Of a stretch of DNA of 39,942 bases, positions 36,175 through 39,942 are shown piece by piece. Made by a program: the position numbers and the translations under genes. The stretch spans positions 1,284 to 41,225 of the forward strand of contig JBBIGR010000044.1 in the NCBI GenBank assembly GCA_037447435.1. The letters run 5' to 3'. This DNA comes from Fibrobacteria bacterium. Lineage in GTDB: Bacteria; Fibrobacterota; Chitinivibrionia; Chitinivibrionales; FEN-1185. The number at the start of each line of letters is the position of its first letter. The stretch's first letter is position 1. The notes under the pieces are model-generated. The model did not search any database. It saw only the letters and a program-made list of their open reading frames with translations, and was not told the DNA's origin.

Positions 36175-39036
36175 CTATCCGTTCGCCTCTTTCAGATGCT
36201 TCGCCAGCATTTCCGTCAAGTCCTTTTTCATGAAAGGCTTTTTAATGCTGTCGTTGAAACCGTATTGCTGCGGATTAGCCATTACCGGGTCGTCCGCATA
36301 GCCGCTGGCCACGAATACCGGCGTCTCTTTACATAATTTTCTTATTTCCAAAACAGCTTCCCTGCCGCCCATTCCGCCCGGAATTGTCAAGTCAAAAAGC
36401 ATTCCGGCCGGAGTTCTGTGCGCTGCGAATTCCTCAGTAAAAAAGTCAATCGCTTCAGTGCCGTTTTCCACGCATTTCACGGTATAGCCAAAAGACGCAA
36501 GCATGGTACCGATAGTATCCGACATAACCCCCTCGTCGTCCATTACAATAAACGTTCCGCTCCCCGTAAACTGTTGCATCGTCGATTCGACGACCGGGGA
36601 AATACCGTCGGCGGAAGCGGGCAAAAACACGGTAAACGTGCTGCCCTTTCCTACTTTCGAGGAAACCTCTATGCAGCCGCCGTGGCGATTGACAATAGAA
36701 TAACAAGTTGCAAGGCCAAGTCCGTGGCCCTTTGCCTTTGTGGTAAAAAACGGATCAAAAATACGCGAAACAATTTCCTTGGGTATTCCAATTCCAAAGT
36801 CCTGCACCGAAATTTCCACATAGTTGCCGCTTTCCAACCGAGCATGCTCATACTTGGAAATTATGGTATTTTTTGCGGAAATGAGTATTGTTCCTCCCTG
36901 CGGCATTGCTTGTTGCGCATTAATTATCAAATTGTCGACAACCTGTCCTATTTGGTTTCTATCGAAACTGCATGCCCAAAGGTTTTCCCGTATATCGAAT
37001 TTGCATGTCACATTCGATCCGCATAAAGCGAATTGGGCCGTTTCCATAACAAACGGGAATAACTTTTGCGTTTTCTGAATCGGCGCGCCGCCCTTTGCAA
37101 AAGTAAGCAATTGTTGCGTCAAACCGCGTGCCCTGTCTATGGTGCTCATGGCCTTGGTCAGATATTGGGTTATGTTTTTGTCCTTAGATTCCTCAAATGC
37201 AATATCGATATAGCCGTAAATTCCCCCCATGAGATTGTTAAAATCATGGGCAATTCCTCCCGCTAAAATTCCCAATGATTCCAGTTTCTGCATTTGTCCC
37301 AGTTGAAATTGAAGTTTTTTATGTTCTTCTTCAGCATGCTTCCGTTCCGTAATATCCTGAACAATGCCGGCCATGCGGCGATACGAGCCGTCGGCATCCT
37401 TACGATGCTGGCCACAAGCCAAAATCCATCGTTGCACGCCATCGCAACGCATGATTCTGCATTCAAAATTCCAATTTCCTTTTTCGCGCATCGCTTTCTG
37501 AAATTTCTCATTGACTTCAGCGCGGTCTTGGGCTATCACGTGTTCCAAGAACATTTCATACGTCCAGTTGGGAAGCAAATCCTTATACCCGAAAATTTTA
37601 TCATGTTCAAAGGTTCTAAAAGCCGTATGATCTATTAAATCAAGGTCCCAGGCGCCAGTTTGACTTGCGGCCAAGGAAAACTGCATTCGTTCTTTTGTTT
37701 CCTGCAACTCTTTCAACGCTGTTTCCCGTTCTGCTTCTGCGAGTTTACGTCCAGTAATATCAAAATTGATCCCGGTCATGCGCAAAGGATTTCCGGCAGC
37801 GTTCCTTTCGACAAGGCCATATGCCTTGAGATGATGAATGCTTCCGTCGGCCCAAACAACCCTGAATTCGGTATCGTATTCTTTTTCACCGCGCACCACT
37901 TGTTTCGAAAGCTCATCCGCAGCGGCACGTTCTTCGGGATGAATCCCCGCGATCCAAGCCTCATATGCCCCGGCAAAATCATCCCGTTTCATTCCGTACA
38001 ATTCATACATCCGGTCGTCCCAAATCAACTGGTTCTTTTGAATGTCCCAATCCCAAATTCCCAAATGACCTGCACTGGTTGCCAAATCCAATCGTTCCAA
38101 GGCTTTGAAAAACTTTTCTCTATCCGCATGGGATGCTCGTTCGAAGCTCCTTACCTCGGCATAAGAAGCGGCCAATAAAAAGCCCGTCGCAGCGGTAAAT
38201 GCCAAAAATATCTGCATGGAAATCAATCGATCATGTATGTGTTCCCCGCCCAATGGTGCAATCCCGGATAAAGTCACGACAATTAGGATTGCAATTGCCG
38301 CAAGCAAAAAAAGCGCAAGCGAAACGAATCTTTGCCCGAGCCGGAAGGCCGGCCATGCTAAAAATGCAATCAACATATACGGATGCGGAATTGCACTTAC
38401 CGAAGAAGATAGGGAATACCAGGATGCGATACACCAGAACAAAATAAAAAGTGTGGTCTCAAACACTCTTGATGGTCGGGGTGCAGTCCTTTTGGTAAAC
38501 CAGGTAATAATGATCGGAGTGACGATGAGAATGCCGAGTCCATCGGCGATATACCATGAAAACCAGGCCGGGCCAAAGGAACCCCCTTTCACCAATACGA
38601 CCGTACCCGCTCCGATACACGAGGTTGCGGCATTGATAAAAACAGTTCCAAGAATAAGCGCGATGACTTCGTTGACCCGATTAAAGGAAACGCTTTTTCC
38701 GCATAATTTAATTACCAGTAAAGCACAACCGATAGACTCGGCCAGGTTGCCGATCATGAACCCTATGCTTGCCAAAAGCGGACGATGCGCTATTCCGACA
38801 TCTGCGAAAATACCGGCTATAAAAAATCCTATCGAAAGCAACGGCCACAAACGATAACCGGTCATTAAAAATCCCGCAAACCCAATTCCTGCCGCAGGCC
38901 AAACAATCATCAATATTTTTTCGGCATCCGGAAAGAAAAACGCAATCAAATGCGCCATGAAATACGCCGTTGCAAATATGCCGATCTTTATGAAATCACT
39001 TCCATTGTAAACCATTGATTTTGTAATCAATCCCAT
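36175..39036 (-). CDS. MASE1-PAS-PAS hybrid sensor histidine kinase
   Basis: Multi-TM MASE1 (VWPAAGI, WYIADGLGIL), two PAS_3 domains, AHDFNNL H-box, HATPase and REC. Confidence 0.95.
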   Translation of the reverse strand: MGLITKSMVYNGSDFIKIGIFATAYFMAHLIAFFFPDAEKILMIVWPAAGIGFAGFLMTGYRLWPLLSIGFFIAGIFADVGIAHRPLLASIGFMIGNLAESIGCALLVIKLCGKSVSFNRVNEVIALILGTVFINAATSCIGAGTVVLVKGGSFGPAWFSWYIADGLGILIVTPIIITWFTKRTAPRPSRVFETTLFILFWCIASWYSLSSSVSAIPHPYMLIAFLAWPAFRLGQRFVSLALFLLAAIAILIVVTLSGIAPLGGEHIHDRLISMQIFLAFTAATGFLLAASYAEVRSFERASHADREKFFKALERLDLATSAGHLGIWDWDIQKNQLIWDDRMYELYGMKRDDFAGAYEAWIAGIHPEERAAADELSKQVVRGEKEYDTEFRVVWADGSIHHLKAYGLVERNAAGNPLRMTGINFDITGRKLAEAERETALKELQETKERMQFSLAASQTGAWDLDLIDHTAFRTFEHDKIFGYKDLLPNWTYEMFLEHVIAQDRAEVNEKFQKAMREKGNWNFECRIMRCDGVQRWILACGQHRKDADGSYRRMAGIVQDITERKHAEEEHKKLQFQLGQMQKLESLGILAGGIAHDFNNLMGGIYGYIDIAFEESKDKNITQYLTKAMSTIDRARGLTQQLLTFAKGGAPIQKTQKLFPFVMETAQFALCGSNVTCKFDIRENLWACSFDRNQIGQVVDNLIINAQQAMPQGGTILISAKNTIISKYEHARLESGNYVEISVQDFGIGIPKEIVSRIFDPFFTTKAKGHGLGLATCYSIVNRHGGCIEVSSKVGKGSTFTVFLPASADGISPVVESTMQQFTGSGTFIVMDDEGVMSDTIGTMLASFGYTVKCVENGTEAIDFFTEEFAAHRTPAGMLFDLTIPGGMGGREAVLEIRKLCKETPVFVASGYADDPVMANPQQYGFNDSIKKPFMKKDLTEMLAKHLKEANG

Positions 39037-39267
39037 GAATTTTCCTTACGGTTGCACGCATTAGGTTTCGATACACCACTTAACTTATATATAGTTATAT
39101 TATATTTTCGGAAAATAAATGTCTATGCGCTAAAAAAAATAAAAGCGGTACTCATGGTGTCTTTCCTTACGAAGAGGAGCCTGGGTTGCGACGTATTCTT
39201 TTATTTGCATATCAGTTTTGTTCCACCTATTTTATACCGATCAATTTATTAAAAAGGATTTAACAAA

Positions 39268-39942
39268 ATGCTCAAGTACTTTTGCCTGGCCTGCTTTTCG
39301 TTTTTGCTTTTTTCATGTGAAAATTCCGATACGGTACGCATCGGCGTCAACGCGGAACTTACCGGGTCGGTTCCCGTGGTCGGAAAATCATGTGTCAACG
39401 CCGCAAAAATGGCAACAGACGAAATTAATGCCCAGGGCGGGATAACGTTGAACGATAAAACCAGGAAAGTCGAGCTTCTCATAGAAGATAACGAAGACAA
39501 AGCCGAATCGGCCGCGGCCGTGGCGCAAAAATTCGTGAGCCGAAAAGTCGTGGCCATGATAGGCCCCAATGCCAGCAGAAACGCGGTACCTGCAGCGGTA
39601 GTTGCAGAAAGTAACAAGCTTATAATGATGTCGCCGTGGTCCACCAATCCGAAACTCACCGATAAAAAGAAATACATTTTCCGCGCGTGCTTTACCGATG
39701 ATTTCCAGGGCGTTGTGGTCGCCGCCTTTGTAACGAAAAAGCTCAATGCACGTACGGCCGCAGTACTTTTCGACATGGCATCGGAATACAACAAAGGAAT
39801 CGCGGAAGTCTTTAAAACGGAATTCACCAAAACCGGCGGCTCGATCACGGCTTTTGAATCTTATTCGACCGGAGACAAAGATTTTTCCGCCCAGCTGTCT
39901 AAAATTATCGCCTCCGGTGCGCAGATACTCTTTTTTCCCAAC
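39268..39942 (+). CDS. Branched-chain amino acid ABC transporter substrate-binding lipoprotein (LivK/LivJ-like), 3'-truncated by the window
   Basis: Manual translation: MLKYFCLACFSFLLFSCENSDTVRIGVNAELTG...DEINAQGG...IEDN...IGP..S...STNPKLT...YIFRACFTDDFQG; lipobox LFSC. Not in the ORF track. Confidence 0.92.
   Translation, partial: MLKYFCLACFSFLLFSCENSDTVRIGVNAELTGSVPVVGKSCVNAAKMATDEINAQGGITLNDKTRKVELLIEDNEDKAESAAAVAQKFVSRKVVAMIGPNASRNAVPAAVVAESNKLIMMSPWSTNPKLTDKKKYIFRACFTDDFQGVVVAAFVTKKLNARTAAVLFDMASEYNKGIAEVFKTEFTKTGGSITAFESYSTGDKDFSAQLSKIIASGAQILFFPN

Noticed and set aside
39249..39848. 199-aa minus-strand ORF
   Set aside because: Antisense shadow of the LivK-like gene starting at 39268.

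Overview
Bacterial chromosomal window with two distinct halves; an FCB-group host such as Fibrobacterota is my inference from the FlgD/T9SS-like C-terminal domain and the gene set. Bases 1-~17,890 are visibly AT-rich and look like the right part of a genomic island. They end at a 56-bp 3' fragment of tRNA-Pro(GGG) (17831-17886), which is preceded by tandem 11-bp arm-type repeats and followed by a terminator. Island cargo: a secreted DRGH-motif nuclease (missed by the ORF track), a GAF/PAS hybrid histidine kinase, a Cys-rich 667-aa orphan, a LamG protein with a 642-bp internal duplication, several ribbon-helix-helix (RHH)-like proteins and gene remnants. The best candidate for a new system is a nested ~7.2-kb module bracketed by 41-bp direct repeats (4401-4441 and 11628-11668) derived from the start of an IS3-family transposase. 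It contains an RHH gene divergent from an operator-covered promoter, RmuC, a Zn-binding protein, two paralogous proteins resembling dead ABC/Rad50-type ATPases, two small orphans, a large serine recombinase split into two genes at its domain boundary, and a winged-helix protein. Bases ~18,000-39,942 are more GC-rich host-type genes: murI, class II fba, TetR-EmrAB-TolC (TolC frameshifted), hydrolases, a pyrimidine-dimer glycosylase, GNATs, an ECF sigma factor, MerR/TipA, a GH13 enzyme, a MASE1-PAS hybrid kinase and a partial LivK-type lipoprotein. All calls come from manual reading; no searches were run.
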